Part shown: one piece after another, positions 23,953 to 35,992 of the stretch
How the letters are laid out: each line of letters opens with the position of its first letter
How positions within the stretch are numbered: position 1 is the first letter of the stretch
Assembly: GCA_965197925.1 (NCBI GenBank)
Contig: CBDAOC010000020.1
Location: 832,001-896,000 of the forward strand
Source: Nitrososphaerales archaeon
GTDB lineage: Archaea; Thermoproteota; Nitrososphaeria; Nitrososphaerales; UBA213
Reading direction: 5' to 3'
Length of the DNA stretch: 64,000 bases
Made by a program: the position numbers and the translations under genes
The notes under the pieces: model-generated
What the model saw: the letters and a program-made list of their open reading frames with translations, nothing else
What the model was told of the DNA's origin: nothing
Database searches by the model: none

Positions 23953-24597
23953 TTGGTTTTAGACTACCTTCTTGAACACAATATGCAAGTTCTCAACCTC
24001 GTTGCAGAACATATGCTTTTGGTGTTAATTGCGCAGTCCCTCGCAATCAGTGTGGGTGTAACCCTTGGTATCATCATTACCCGACCAAGATTTAAACGGT
24101 TTGCAAATTATGTAAACGGGTTTTCTAACATAGGACAAGCCGTACCAAGTCTATCGGTTCTCGGGCTGACCATTCCCTTGTTAGGGATAGGCTTCGCTCC
24201 AGCGATATTTGCGCTCTTTGTCTACGTTGTTTTACCCATTATACGCAACACCTATGCTGGATTGATAAGTGTCGACAAGAAGATCCTTGAGGCAAGTGCT
24301 GGGATCGGATTGAATCACTCACAAATCCTGCGTTATGTTGAGATCCCTTTGGCCTCAAAGGTTATCCTAGACGGGATTCGTACCTCAACAGTCTTTTGTA
24401 TCGCAACAGCAACTTTGGTTTTTTTGATTGGAGCCGGTGGTCTGGGAGAATTGATCTTTACAGGAATAGCGCTGGTAGATGTCGAAATGATTCTTGCAGG
24501 AGCAATTCCTGCAGCATTACTAGCATTTGGAGCAGACTTTGTGTTTGGAGCAATCGGAAGGATTGGGATGGGAGCCAGTAGAATTATGAAGAGATAG
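23953..24597 (+). CDS. Osmoprotectant ABC transporter permease
   Basis: QAVPSLSVLG, LPIIRNTYAG, IGAGGLGELI. Confidence 0.9.
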   Translation: MVLDYLLEHNMQVLNLVAEHMLLVLIAQSLAISVGVTLGIIITRPRFKRFANYVNGFSNIGQAVPSLSVLGLTIPLLGIGFAPAIFALFVYVVLPIIRNTYAGLISVDKKILEASAGIGLNHSQILRYVEIPLASKVILDGIRTSTVFCIATATLVFLIGAGGLGELIFTGIALVDVEMILAGAIPAALLAFGADFVFGAIGRIGMGASRIMKR

Positions 24598-25146
24598 ATA
24601 AGCAATTAGGTCAACAATACAACCTCAAAAGTTTTAGGTCATTAATAACTAGCAGTATACAAGGGACCATCACTATATACGACGATGTAATTTCCATTAG
24701 ATTAGTTGTAAGAACCTTATCCATTCTGATATCTAAAAAAGATATGAAATCTAATAGCCTGAATGGATCTTATTTTATTGCTTATTTATTAGAACAGAAT
24801 TTCATTTAATACATTCCAAAAATCTAAATTGCAAAAATTTCTCATGAAATAATTTGTCTTCTTTGGAGTTCTTCCGAGGTTGTATTTGTTCATTACGTAT
24901 GAACTAGGTGTTTCATGGAATGGGGAGTTTGAGTAAATGTAGATGCCTGTAAATGTTGTACTACAATATTCATTATGACATTAGGAATTCACATGAAGTA
25001 ATAAGAAATTTCTATCGAACGCTCTCTCAGCACTTAGGCAGACTAAGGCGGTAGAGATTTATTAAATATACACACTGATTATAATGTGACCAGGATTCAG
25101 CACGAGATAAAGAAGATCTCTTTCTTTCTACTTGGAATGCTACTTA

Positions 25147-26209
25147 GAGCCTATCCTAAAATTCTAGCTGATAGTTAATGATTGGTAGAAATAATATCAT
25201 TTAGAATGCAAGAATATTAGTTCAAACTGTCAGGTTTAGTTTTCTTACTATTGATTTTATTAGTATTGTAGATAGTAGATACTAGAAACAGTTGCATTAA
25301 CGTGTTTATGACACTACCAATAACCAATATATCGCTCTATACACTATTAGGCAGTTAGCAAATTCTACTAGCGCCTGATAATTTTCCTCTCTCTTCTCGA
25401 ACCTTACCAATAACTTTCTGAACCTGTTATGCCAAGATGCGGTTCTTTCTACAACCCATCTCTTTGCTTTGTACAAATTCTTTTTCAATACTTCACCCTT
25501 ATGACGAATGTGATCCACATATCCCCTTCCTAACTCCATATTTCATACTCCATACTCTATCTCAGGGAAATCATATCCTATTCATGCATATGTTCTGTTT
25601 AACTTTGGGCCTATCAACAACAATGCTATCTATTGTAGGAAAGGCTGATTTCATATCGTGCTTGTTTGCTCCAGTAATTACAGATGAGAGAGGAATACCT
25701 CTTCTATCAACCAGCATGTGACGTTTGGTACCTAGCTTGCCTCTATCCGTTGGGTTTGCTCCGGTCGTTTTCCCCCTAATGGGGCCTTCGGTACGCTATC
25801 CATGGATTGCCAGTCCCATCCTATACCCTTCAATTCATCATATATTTCCAGCAGCCTCTTCCATACCTTCTTGAATACTCCTATCCCAATCCATTCCTGA
25901 AATCTTGCATGGCAAGTTGAGCCAGAACCAAATTCTTTAGATACTTTCTTCCACTGGCATCCAGTTCTTAATACATACAGTATTCCATTCAACACTTTTC
26001 TAAATGGCACAGCTGGCCTTCCAACTGTTCTTGCTGGTTTCTCTGGTAGCAACACTAGTTTGAACTCTTCCCATAGATTGTCTGGTATATGCCATATGGT
26101 CGGCATGCTCTTTTTCTTTGATTTTCTCACAAATTTAGCTAGAGAGGACAGATCTAGATCTGTTTCGGTATAAACAATTAGGCTATGATGTTAATTTTCG
26201 GATAAGCTC
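25147..26209 (-). mobile_element. IS5-family element (IS1031-like), defective
   Basis: TIRs GAGCCTATCCTAAAATT / GAGCTTATCCGAAAATT, TTA target duplication, ILYVLRTGCQW, RWVVERTASW, GGGGAAAA slippery site plus an extra frameshift. Confidence 0.88.
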
Positions 26210-26381
26210 TTATTCTCTCTGCAATTTTTCCTTTAATTGATGAAGAATCTGTTGCCTTGACGTCGGACGGAGTTTACGTTGTGATGAAGCATACAAAAAA
26301 GATGACTTTGGTATCTGTGAAGAATCAAAGTGATGAGGCATTATATGGTGTTGTGCTGGAGAACCCTAATGGTGACATAAG

Positions 26382-27547
26382 CAACTGATCCCAAAACTGA
26401 TCATTTAGTGAATAATTGACGATCATTTGGATCTATTTGCAATGCTGCCCGTAGCAGATCATGAAATTTCAGGAGATAACAGGTGAACAATGGAAGATGA
26501 TATCACCGCATCTCCCAAAGCCAGCCAGAACCGGAAGGCCAAGGGCAGACGACAGAAAGACAGTCAACGGAATCCTGTTTGTCGGGATAACAGGATGCAG
26601 GTGGACTGGGATGTCACAAAGGTACGGCTCCAAATCAACTGCGCACCGCAGACTGCAGAACTGGCAGCGACGTGGAATATGGAAGAATATCCTCTCCGCT
26701 GCAGTCAAATCAGCCCACAGATCAGGCAAGATGCAGCTGCAAAAAACGGTCGATTCGTCATCAGTTCCGGCCAAAAAAGGGGAAGCGTCATAGGATACAA
26801 CGGATTCAACAGGATTTCAGGCACAAAAATACACGTTGCGGTGGAACAAAACGGACTGCCAGTCTCAGTAGTGATGGATCCTGCAAATCAGCATGACTCT
26901 GCAAGATTTGTAGACGTGATGGATGGCATCTCACAATATCTGGATGAGAGATCTATCAGAAAAATTGCGCGGTGCCAAGCAGACAAGGGCTATGATGCAG
27001 AATTCATCAGGAAATACCTTACCAAAAGAAAAATCTCTGACTGCATACCTTACAGAAAAAACAGTAAGACACAACAACAAAATGATGATACAGAACAATA
27101 CCTATACGGCAAGACGCGCTATGTTGTGGAGAGATTCTTTGCCTGGTTGAAGAATGGGTTCCACAGAACCAGGATCAGATAGAGAAGAATGCACAAAACT
27201 ATCTGGCATTTGTTATGATTGATACAGAACAATACCTATACTGTGTGAAATACAATCTAGGCAATTGCCTTAGAATCATAACCCTTGTCTGCATAAACTG
27301 ATGTAATTTGTTTTATTGAATCATCATCTAGATAGTCAGATGTTTTCCAATCAATTAATCTAGAGAGTCAATACCTATACGGCAAGACGCGCTATGTTGT
27401 GTTGAGAGATTCTTTGCCTGGTTGAAGAATGGGTTCCACAGAACCAGGATCAGATATGAGAAGAATGCACAAAACTATCTGGCATTTGTTATCATTTCGT
27501 GTAATGGAGATTATGATGGATGTATTGGAGAGTATTGGGATGACTTC
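26382..27547 (+). mobile_element. IS5-family element (IS427-like two-ORF), copy 1, with internal rearrangement
   Basis: ILFVGITGCRW, AAAAAAGGGG frameshift motif, ADKGYD, RYVVERFFAW; AAG target duplication; 3' part duplicated around a foreign patch at 27217-27368. Confidence 0.9.
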
Positions 27548-28055
27548 AAGATTTGTGAAGGCAAGGGGTTGGGATAGAGAGAGAGTGGATGCTAATAAAG
27601 TAGTTGAGGGCGATCGACCAATCATGCCCGGCAATAATTTGATAATTCTACTGATAACAAGAATTCCTGCATCCTCCTTGATGTGGACTGCAACCGATCG
27701 ATTCGAAAACATCCTAGCAAATGGAACTGTGATTGAACGTTCTCCGGAGATCAGAGTGGAGGCCGAGCCCGAAAGAACTGTTGGTGAGAATGAACCTAAG
27801 ACTGAATCAAAATCACAGAAAATCGTAGTTACACCTAGTGACACTTACGTATCATTTGTTGTTGATGAATTGAGCTCATGTCCTCTTTTCATTAAGGTAA
27901 TAACCTTTGTTAGTAGCCAACCAATATCCTTCGAAGTTGTAGATAAGCCGGATTGGCTAGATTTGAAAGTTAGTGAAACCGGACTCGATCTCTATTACAA
28001 CTGTCCCTCTGAACAGATAGTTGGTGCACTAACAAGGCTCCTTACACTGTCAGTC

Positions 28056-28101
28056 AAATCCGATGGTCAGGTTGTTGAAAATCCGATGGTCAGGTTGTTG
28101 A
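28056..28101. repeat. 23-bp frameshifting tandem duplication
   Basis: AAATCCGATGGTCAGGTTGTTGA x2. Confidence 0.9.
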
Positions 28102-29137
28102 TAACATAAACATTACCATTGATGGTCTCATAAAACCAGAAGTGATTCCTTCTAAGGAGGAATTCCAAGAGAAGGAACATCAACTCTTGGGTGATGCATA
28201 CATCCAAGGACGTGCAATGATAACATGTACGGACTATGGTGGAGATCCTAAGATAACCATTAGAATTGATGTTGTTAAAGCCCATCATGCTAAAGGTCGA
28301 AATTTGATTTCAGCTTTTATTGTTGACATTACGAAGAATGGTCCGGATAGCTACATACAAATTGGAAAGAGTGGTATACCCCATGTTGATTATGATTATA
28401 TCGCCTTCCAAGGTTTCTTTGGTAGCAAAGATTTTTCCAGAACTACTAACGATTCATGTCCTATAGGCGATGTAGGAAGAATAGTAGTGGTTATTGGAAA
28501 CTCTCCCCCTTCTGATCAAGATTCATTAAGCGAAGGCATTATAGACATCATAGCAGCCTCGAATTCTGGTACTGCCCAGATGGGCAAACTCTGAATATTT
28601 TGGTTCTGCTAAAGTTTCTGCTATTCTAACAATTTTTTAAATGAGGTAGTGTTAATTACACTTGAATTTGACTATTCTTTATTATCACGTCAAGCCAGCG
28701 AAGTCATATTCCCATATATTATAGATATGTATATTCTAAATTCTCCCAATTCATATGAAGTAGATTGCATGTGTATAATTATCAGTGTCTTTACCTAGAA
28801 TCATTTAAAGATAAGAAACATGGACACAGTAAATCTGCTAAGCAACCATAAATTGTAATGATGTGTATCTCATTGATCCAAACTCTTTTTTATTCTCACT
28901 TTGGAAGTATGCTAAATCTCCAATTGGATACATTGTATAGTTCAGTCTCACAACCTTGTTAATGCAAGAGATGGTTTCTTAGGACTTTCCCTCCCTACAA
29001 AATACAATCCATAGTTGTTCAACCGATGAACATTATTAGAATAGAACTGTCCAAGTCTATCATATTATGCTATAGCATCTTCATATATGTAATTCATGAA
29101 GGGTAGAACTGAACATAAATAACGCTTTAAAATATTT

Positions 29138-30404
29138 GAGGCTTGGGCGTAATTTGGCTCGAAACGATAAGATCAGGTTCTAGTTTTTATTGTTGATATG
29201 TTTAGCTCAGACTCGATACTTCTTCGTATATTATTTTTGATTGACGTGATTCCTCGGACAAAACCTCTTAAGAAGAGAGGTAAACCCTACTACTATTCTC
29301 CTACAGTTATGGTGAGATGCTTCATCGTTAGAGTATGGGTAAGAATACCAAGCAACAATGTGTTACATGAATATTTTTCGATAGACATGCCATACAACAG
29401 GAAGGTAATGAAGGCATGTGGTCTTGATAGATTACCAGACAGAAGAACATTCGACAGAAGGTCAAGGCCATATCAATTGACATAAGATCAAGGATAGGTG
29501 CTATGGGTATGCTCTTCATAAAAGATGGGTTGGTAGACTCATCCATAGTATCCGTTGACAGTTCATTGTTGAAAGCAAAGGGACATGTATGGCACAAATC
29601 TAGCATGAAGAAGAATGAAGTGCCACGCTCCGGTATAGATACAGATGCTCGATGGGGCTACAGCAGAACCAAGGGATGGATATTCGGATACAAGATGCAT
29701 CTAGCATGTAGCACAGGTTCGTTGATAGTTCCATTATCAGCTGATTTCACAACAGTTAACATTACTGATAACAAGATGTATGAAAGCATAACATCTTCAT
29801 TGCCTACAGGAATGGTAAGGTATGTTGTAGGATATGAAGGATATGAAGGATATGAAGGATATGAAGGATATGAAGGATATGAAGGATATGAAGGATATGA
29901 AGGATATGAAGGATATGGAAGGATATGAAGGATATGAAGGATATGAAGGATATGAAGGATATGAAGGATATGAAGGATATGAAGGATATGAAGGATATGA
30001 AGGATATGAAGGATATGATGATCACAAGTTATGTGATTTCAGCAGGTATAGAGGGCATCCAGTATTCCCATTGGAAAGGTATAGGCATACTACAGATAAT
30101 AATAGACTGGCATTGCTGTAGTTCTATAACTCTGAATATGGGCAGCATGTATATTCACAAAGAAGCATAAGTGTTGAGCCATTGATAGAGCAGATAAAGG
30201 ATGTATTTACCATAGATCCATTGCCAGTTAGAGGATTTGATAAAGCTAGGAGCATCGTTCTGATTTCTATATTGCTATACCAGCTGATGGTTTACTACAA
30301 CTACTTGACAGGAAGACCATTAAGGGCATTGAAGCACATGTTGGGAAGTTAATCAATCAGAGGCATCAAGTTATTTTTGTTATATGGAATAATGCCCATG
30401 TCTC
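29138..30404 (+). mobile_element. DDE (IS4/IS5-superfamily-like) IS, copy 1, pseudogenised
   Basis: Ends GAGGCTTGGGCGT / ATGCCCATGTCTC; VSVDSS, DTDARWG, FGYKMH, SVEPLI; frameshift, internal TAG and 9-bp repeat expansion. Confidence 0.85.
29830..30019. repeat. (GGATATGAA) minisatellite, ~20 units
   Basis: 9 units, one 10-nt variant, 10 units, terminal GGATATGAT. Confidence 0.95.
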
Positions 30405-30761
30405 ATATATTTATCAATTATAATCAGAATCCCATGCTAGTAGAATAATACAACATTGTTTCCTTTTTTTATGAATTCCCTACGTTGTTCAATGAGATAG
30501 TTATCTTCTAAGTTAATAGAATCAATCCTCCACCGCAATTTCGGTAATCGTCTGTTGATCTACTATTTCTATATCAATCCCGCTTGGCAGCTTTTTGTAA
30601 TATTCTTTCAAGGATTGAGGATGTCTCATCAAAGGCTTCATCCCCCAACAATAAGTAGCAAGAATCTATCGTCGTAACCATCAAATTTTGATCCTGGGTG
30701 GCCTAGAGCAAAACATATCGTTAAATTTCTTCTAAGAAAATTCATTCATGACTCATTCCAG

Positions 30762-32510
30762 TCAGGCATTGGTGTACACACTTGGAGATGCCAATGGAAT
30801 TCCCCCCTTACTTAATATGAACATCTTAATTGTGTACGTGTCCAACTCCTCAGTTATCCAACTCTTGTTAAAGATAATTTCATCATAGGGCTCGATTTGA
30901 ATACTCCTTGTTTCAATATGTGATGTTATTCCATCCCTATTCGCTATAAGCAATATTAGATCTGCAGCTATCCTATTATCAACACTGTTTTTAATTAGAG
31001 CTGACATTCTAAAGAGCAGACTAGACTTACCAGTATGTAATTCTACATTGAAATCTGTAGTAGAAAGCATGAATTCGGTGAGGGGATCGGCGATAAAGAT
31101 TCTATACTCTAGAACTGTAGATTCATTCCCTGCAATATCTTCTACTTTCAACTCTAGTTTATATGCACCAAGCCGAGGGATCTTGAAGGATATTTCGTAT
31201 GGAAATGACGCTGATTCAGTTTCCAATTTCTGCCAGTCAGTATCCAGAGCAGCTGAGTAGTTTCCATAACGGTAGTATACAGATTTCACACCGCTTATGA
31301 GATCATTTGGTAGAATTCTGAATGTAATGCTCTCGTTCGGAAAGGCCCGAACTATTATACACTGACGGTACCGTTCCTCATTCTTGTACTTGTCACAGTT
31401 GCTTCCTGTAAAAACGTTCTCTCTGCTTTCAGTAGAAATACTCAACACAGATAGCCTTGGTGGAAGTGTATCGACATATATGGAGAGTTTCTTTGGGACT
31501 TCTCTATTACCCATATTATCTTGGGCAAACCACCAGACACCAACCCTCCCAAGATCAATTTCATTGCGACGTGATAACGTCATATTTTCTCCTGGTTGTA
31601 AGGAACAGGCATTCCTGGTGCATAGGTTCCCCGCCGAGTCCCAATACTGTACAACTATATGACGCACGCCGGATGGCACACCTATATCGTTATGATCTAT
31701 GGCATTGAATGTTGCAACTGGAAACCTGTCATAATACCATTTGGTTTCATTATTGTACAATCCGTCAATTAAAACACTACTCGTAGGAGCCGTAAGATCA
31801 TAAGAAACAACAGACACCCTAAACACCCCGGAACGGTCCACAGGACCATATCCTAGCTTTTCTGCGATTATCCGCCAATTATGAAGTTTTGATTCCAACG
31901 GTGTAGTCGTATATGTGTAGATACCTTCTCTCTGTTTTGTTAAATTCACCGTCATGCCATTATGAATGGCCTCGATATTATCGGGGTCTATTAGATCTAT
32001 TCTATCAAAAAATAAAATTGTAATTTTGGCAGTTTGACCTACAAAATAATCATTGCGATCTTCATAAAATCCTACCTTCATGAGCTTAGGGTGTATCTCT
32101 AATCTACCAGCAGTGATACTTTTTGATCCAGTATAATGATCCTTTGAACCGTAATACTGATCACGACCATCAAAAATGGCAAAGATGGTAATAGTACCTT
32201 CTTTCCCACCTTGAATAAGCTCTGCAATCCATGAAGTTTCATATACTCCATCCTCATTGGTCCATGCCGTAATCAGTAATATGGATTCAGTTTCTCTTTC
32301 TTCCACAATTCTAATGGGCATATTAAAAAGACCCTCGCCGGTAGCTGATCTCAGAGTACCAGTAAATACAACCTCATCTCCAGGTGCAACCTTGGATGTA
32401 TGTAGATGGAAAGTCAAGCGAGTTGCCATATTATTATCTGCGATCGCAGTGGAAGAAATTCCTGCTAGAAATAATATCACTGTCAGTGACACGGCCGAAT
32501 ATTTAATCAT
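30762..32510 (-). CDS. Secreted multidomain Ig-like surface protein
   Basis: Signal peptide from ATG 32510; N-terminal module resembles the 3090/5328/6297 paralogs (IDPDNI, LTKQREGIYTY); C-terminus resembles that of the 46048 ORF. Confidence 0.75.
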   Translation of the reverse strand: MIKYSAVSLTVILFLAGISSTAIADNNMATRLTFHLHTSKVAPGDEVVFTGTLRSATGEGLFNMPIRIVEERETESILLITAWTNEDGVYETSWIAELIQGGKEGTITIFAIFDGRDQYYGSKDHYTGSKSITAGRLEIHPKLMKVGFYEDRNDYFVGQTAKITILFFDRIDLIDPDNIEAIHNGMTVNLTKQREGIYTYTTTPLESKLHNWRIIAEKLGYGPVDRSGVFRVSVVSYDLTAPTSSVLIDGLYNNETKWYYDRFPVATFNAIDHNDIGVPSGVRHIVVQYWDSAGNLCTRNACSLQPGENMTLSRRNEIDLGRVGVWWFAQDNMGNREVPKKLSIYVDTLPPRLSVLSISTESRENVFTGSNCDKYKNEERYRQCIIVRAFPNESITFRILPNDLISGVKSVYYRYGNYSAALDTDWQKLETESASFPYEISFKIPRLGAYKLELKVEDIAGNESTVLEYRIFIADPLTEFMLSTTDFNVELHTGKSSLLFRMSALIKNSVDNRIAADLILLIANRDGITSHIETRSIQIEPYDEIIFNKSWITEELDTYTIKMFILSKGGIPLASPSVYTNA

Positions 32511-33122
32511 CGTCACAAAAGTATGTGTTCGTTGGATCACTATATAGGTTTCAACACCAACAGTAACTAACAAATAATCCCATAAAGCTATCTTCAAAGG
32601 TGAAATATTGTTTAGAATTATGGAATTGATTCTCTATGTTACCTTTGCTGCAAAAACACCAATATCTTCACCCTATAAAAATTGAATATTTCTCAGACCT
32701 AATTCGGATAATACTTGATACGACGATGTAGGTCTATTTATTCAACCGTGAGATCATACAAAGGCGCAGAATTCAGAGATAAAATGTCTAATATCAATGG
32801 TTTGGAATCTAATCTTAACTCTTCCTTTCAGCAAATGTCTAATCTACACATATTTCCCTTCAGCTGAATTATAGAAAAGCCTTTTGGCATACACAATTTC
32901 ATTTATTGTGATTTTGAAAATATGTACTTAATTTAAGAACACTATACTCCCTCTTGTTTTTCACTAAGATTATTTTGATGGATAATTAATGCTAGGGACG
33001 TACATCGTATCCAGAACAGTAATGCTGATTGAAATTTGGTATGGATAGAAAAGGAAATCGATATTCTTTAAGATCACTAGTACCAATATGTAAAACATAA
33101 TCACAAAACCTTATAGATAGCT

Positions 33123-34222
33123 GAGACTTAGGCATAATTCAATTATAATATTATTTTGAAATTATTACTATTAACTTCCCAACATGTGCTTCAATGCCCT
33201 TAATGGTCTTCCTGTCAAGTAGTTGTAGTATACCATCAGCTGGTATAGCAATATAGAAATCAGAACGATGCTCCTAGCTTTATCAAATCCTCTAACTGGC
33301 AATGGATCTATGGTAAATACATCCTTCATATGCTCTATCAATGGCTCAACACTTATGCTTCTTTGTGAATATACATGCTGCCCATATTCAGAGTTATAGA
33401 ACTACAGCAATGCCAGTCTATTATTATCTGTAGTATGCCTATACCTTTCCAATGGGAATACTGGATGCCCTCTATACCTGCTGAAATCACATAACTTGTG
33501 ATCATCATATCCTTCATATCCTTCATATCCTACAACATACCTTACCATTCCTGTAGGCAATGAAGATGTTATGCTTTCATACATCTTGTTATCAGTAATG
33601 TTAGCTGTTGTGAAATCAGCTGATAATGGAACTATCAACGAACCTGTGCTAGATGCTAGATGCATCTTGTATCCGAATATCCATCCCTTGGTTCTGCTGT
33701 AGCCCCATCGAGCATCTGTATCTATACCGGAGCGTGGCACTTCATTCTTCTTCATGCTAGATTTGTGCCATACATGTCCCTTTGCTTTCAACAATGAACT
33801 GTCAACGGATACTATGGATGAGTCTACCAACCCATCTTTTATGAAGAGCATACCCATAGCACCTATCCTTGATCTTATGTCAATTGATACGGCCTTGACC
33901 TTCTGTCGAATGTTCTTCTGTCTGGTAATCTATCAAGACCACATGCCTTCATTACCTTCCTGTTGTATGGCATGTCTATCGAAAAATATTCATGTAACAC
34001 ATTGTTGCTTGGTATTCTTACCCATACTCTAACGATGAAGCATCTCACCATAACTGTAGGAGAATAGTAGTAGGGTTTACCTCTCTTCTTAAGAGGTTTT
34101 GTCCGAGGAATCACGTCAATCAAAAATAATATACGAAGAAGTATCGAGTCTGAGCTAAACATATCAACAATAAAAACTAGAACCTGATCTTATCGTTTCG
34201 AGCCAAATTACGCCCAAGCCTC
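33123..34222 (-). mobile_element. DDE IS, copy 2 (inverted relative to copy 1), pseudogenised
   Basis: Near-identical to 29138 element with the same frameshift and TAG; two GGATATGAA units; TIRs GAGGCTTGGGCGTAATT / GAGACTTAGGCATAATT. Confidence 0.88.
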
Positions 34223-34736
34223 AAATAATTAAGAAAATTTAAAAAAACATTAGCGACTGGGGAGATTGGGGTATAGATTATTTCGAAAAATCTGATTCTA
34301 AGAATATTTCAATGGAGTTTTCATTAGTGGTTACGGAGATGAGATTGAACATGTTATGGTTAAGAAAGGTAAAAACAAATTCGAAATACCTCTAAATGAG
34401 CCAGAAATTAATCAAGAATTTCAAGGTCGCTCCTAACTAGGAGTTAATGCGCAAGTAATGAATCATTAAAACTACAATCGGCAATATTTACAATTAGAAA
34501 ATTCACTCGAAAATGCATCTAGTCTTTATTATACAGATTCTAAATTAGTATTTCTAACAACTACATTTAATTCAATTGTTAGTTTTAAATAAAGCCAAGT
34601 GTAATCTATACAGGATTATACGAAAGATTCTGTTTTCTTTGGAAATAATTTTTATGAAGAACCTGAACTAGATTTTGATTTTTCAAGTACTGATTTTCAG
34701 CATTAGAATTGTGCGATTTGTATAAACATTATTATA

Positions 34737-34783
34737 TATAAGAAATCTTATAATTCGAGGTGATTTGTATAAGAAGTCTTATA
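34737..34783. promoter_or_regulatory. Two TATAAGA-NN-TCTTATA palindromes just past the ATPase stop
   Basis: TATAAGAAATCTTATA 34737-34752 and TATAAGAAGTCTTATA 34768-34783. Confidence 0.6.
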
Positions 34784-34786
34784 ATT

Positions 34787-35983
34787 TTACCCATAATTCT
34801 GCTTGAGAAATTCCTTCACTATCCTATCGCGTATGAAGAAAGTTCCTTTCTTTTCTACCAAATCTACCTTCACTAACTCATTCAGGTAAGGAACAAGAGA
34901 TGTTGTAGGTTCATTGAGTTTTTTGCCAATCTCTGAGTATGACATCCTATCAGATTTAGCTAATTCGGTCAAGATCGAATTTAGCATTGGTCCACCTTGA
35001 GCTCTAGATATTGATTCTGATAGTACATAATTGACATACAATCTCAAAATACCAACAGGTGAAGAAAGTGATTTTTCAATGATTTTAGGTAATGACAGAT
35101 TCGGTTTCCATTCTTCTGCAAGTGCCATAAGGTAGAAAGGATGTCCTCCTACCAAATCAAATGCTTCTTTTGCAAGTTTAGAGTTAGGTTTTTGATCTCT
35201 GTCTTTAAGATATTTGTTGAATAGTTCTATTGCTTCATTTTCTTTCATCTCTCTTATTGGAATTTGAATAAAATGCTGGAATAATGATGATTTTCCCTCT
35301 TGAAGCAAAGTATTAAGTAAATGAACATGCGATCCACAGATTACATAATATACATTTTTGCTTCTTTGTTGTAAAACACCCCGGAATAGATCGATAATAT
35401 TACGAAGTCCTTTGTGACGTTTGAGTTTGATAAGATCTTGGAATTCATCTAAAATAACTACAAATTTCATGCTAGATTCATCTGCTATGGCATTAATAGT
35501 AGCAAATACTGCTTCAAACATAGGACGATAGTCTTTTTCACTATCACCAAACTCTAATTTTGGGAGGACTTTGACTTCACCGGTAGTATCTGTAGATAGT
35601 TCAATCCCTATACCTTTAATTTTTTTAGAGGATAAGGCCCAAGTGATCTTGGAAACCAATTCAAGTTTTTTGGCTTTGACTTTTAATCTTTGAATAGTTC
35701 CTAATTTTTGTAGATAAGCATAAAAAATTGCAGCTTGAAGGTTTTTGAGAAAAGTTTTTGGTTCTCCAAGATTGTACTGAACATCAAAGTTAACGACAAT
35801 GGTTTTTTTATCTGATGATAATATATGCTCTACTTTTTTAAGGATGGAGGATTTGCCAATTCGTCTATATCCAATAAGTACCATATTGTATCCAACTTTA
35901 GATTTAATTTTGGATACAACATTATCTACTTCTTCTACTCTTCCTACTAGATCTTCTGGAGGAGATGGTTTTCCTACATACAT
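34787..35983 (-). CDS. Archaeal P-loop ATPase with C-terminal winged HTH
   Basis: LVGRVEE, GYRRIGKSS Walker A, VVILDEFQ Walker B, GGHPFYL, C-terminal wHTH. Confidence 0.88.
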   Translation of the reverse strand: MYVGKPSPPEDLVGRVEEVDNVVSKIKSKVGYNMVLIGYRRIGKSSILKKVEHILSSDKKTIVVNFDVQYNLGEPKTFLKNLQAAIFYAYLQKLGTIQRLKVKAKKLELVSKITWALSSKKIKGIGIELSTDTTGEVKVLPKLEFGDSEKDYRPMFEAVFATINAIADESSMKFVVILDEFQDLIKLKRHKGLRNIIDLFRGVLQQRSKNVYYVICGSHVHLLNTLLQEGKSSLFQHFIQIPIREMKENEAIELFNKYLKDRDQKPNSKLAKEAFDLVGGHPFYLMALAEEWKPNLSLPKIIEKSLSSPVGILRLYVNYVLSESISRAQGGPMLNSILTELAKSDRMSYSEIGKKLNEPTTSLVPYLNELVKVDLVEKKGTFFIRDRIVKEFLKQNYG

Positions 35984-35992
35984 CTATAACAA

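Larger units (their letters stand above)
25086..28594 (+). pseudogene. Secreted protein interrupted by two IS insertions and a 23-bp duplication
   Basis: Removing both IS plus one target copy each, and one copy of the 28056-28101 duplication, restores one reading frame from GTG 25086 to the stop at 28594. Confidence 0.8.

Noticed and set aside
27429..28109. 226-aa ORF as an independent gene
   Set aside because: Its first ~40 codons are IS sequence; the rest belongs to the interrupted 25086-28594 gene.
29804..30170. MKD-, GYE- and ISF/HIL-repeat ORFs
   Set aside because: Translations of the 9-bp minisatellite in a dead transposase.
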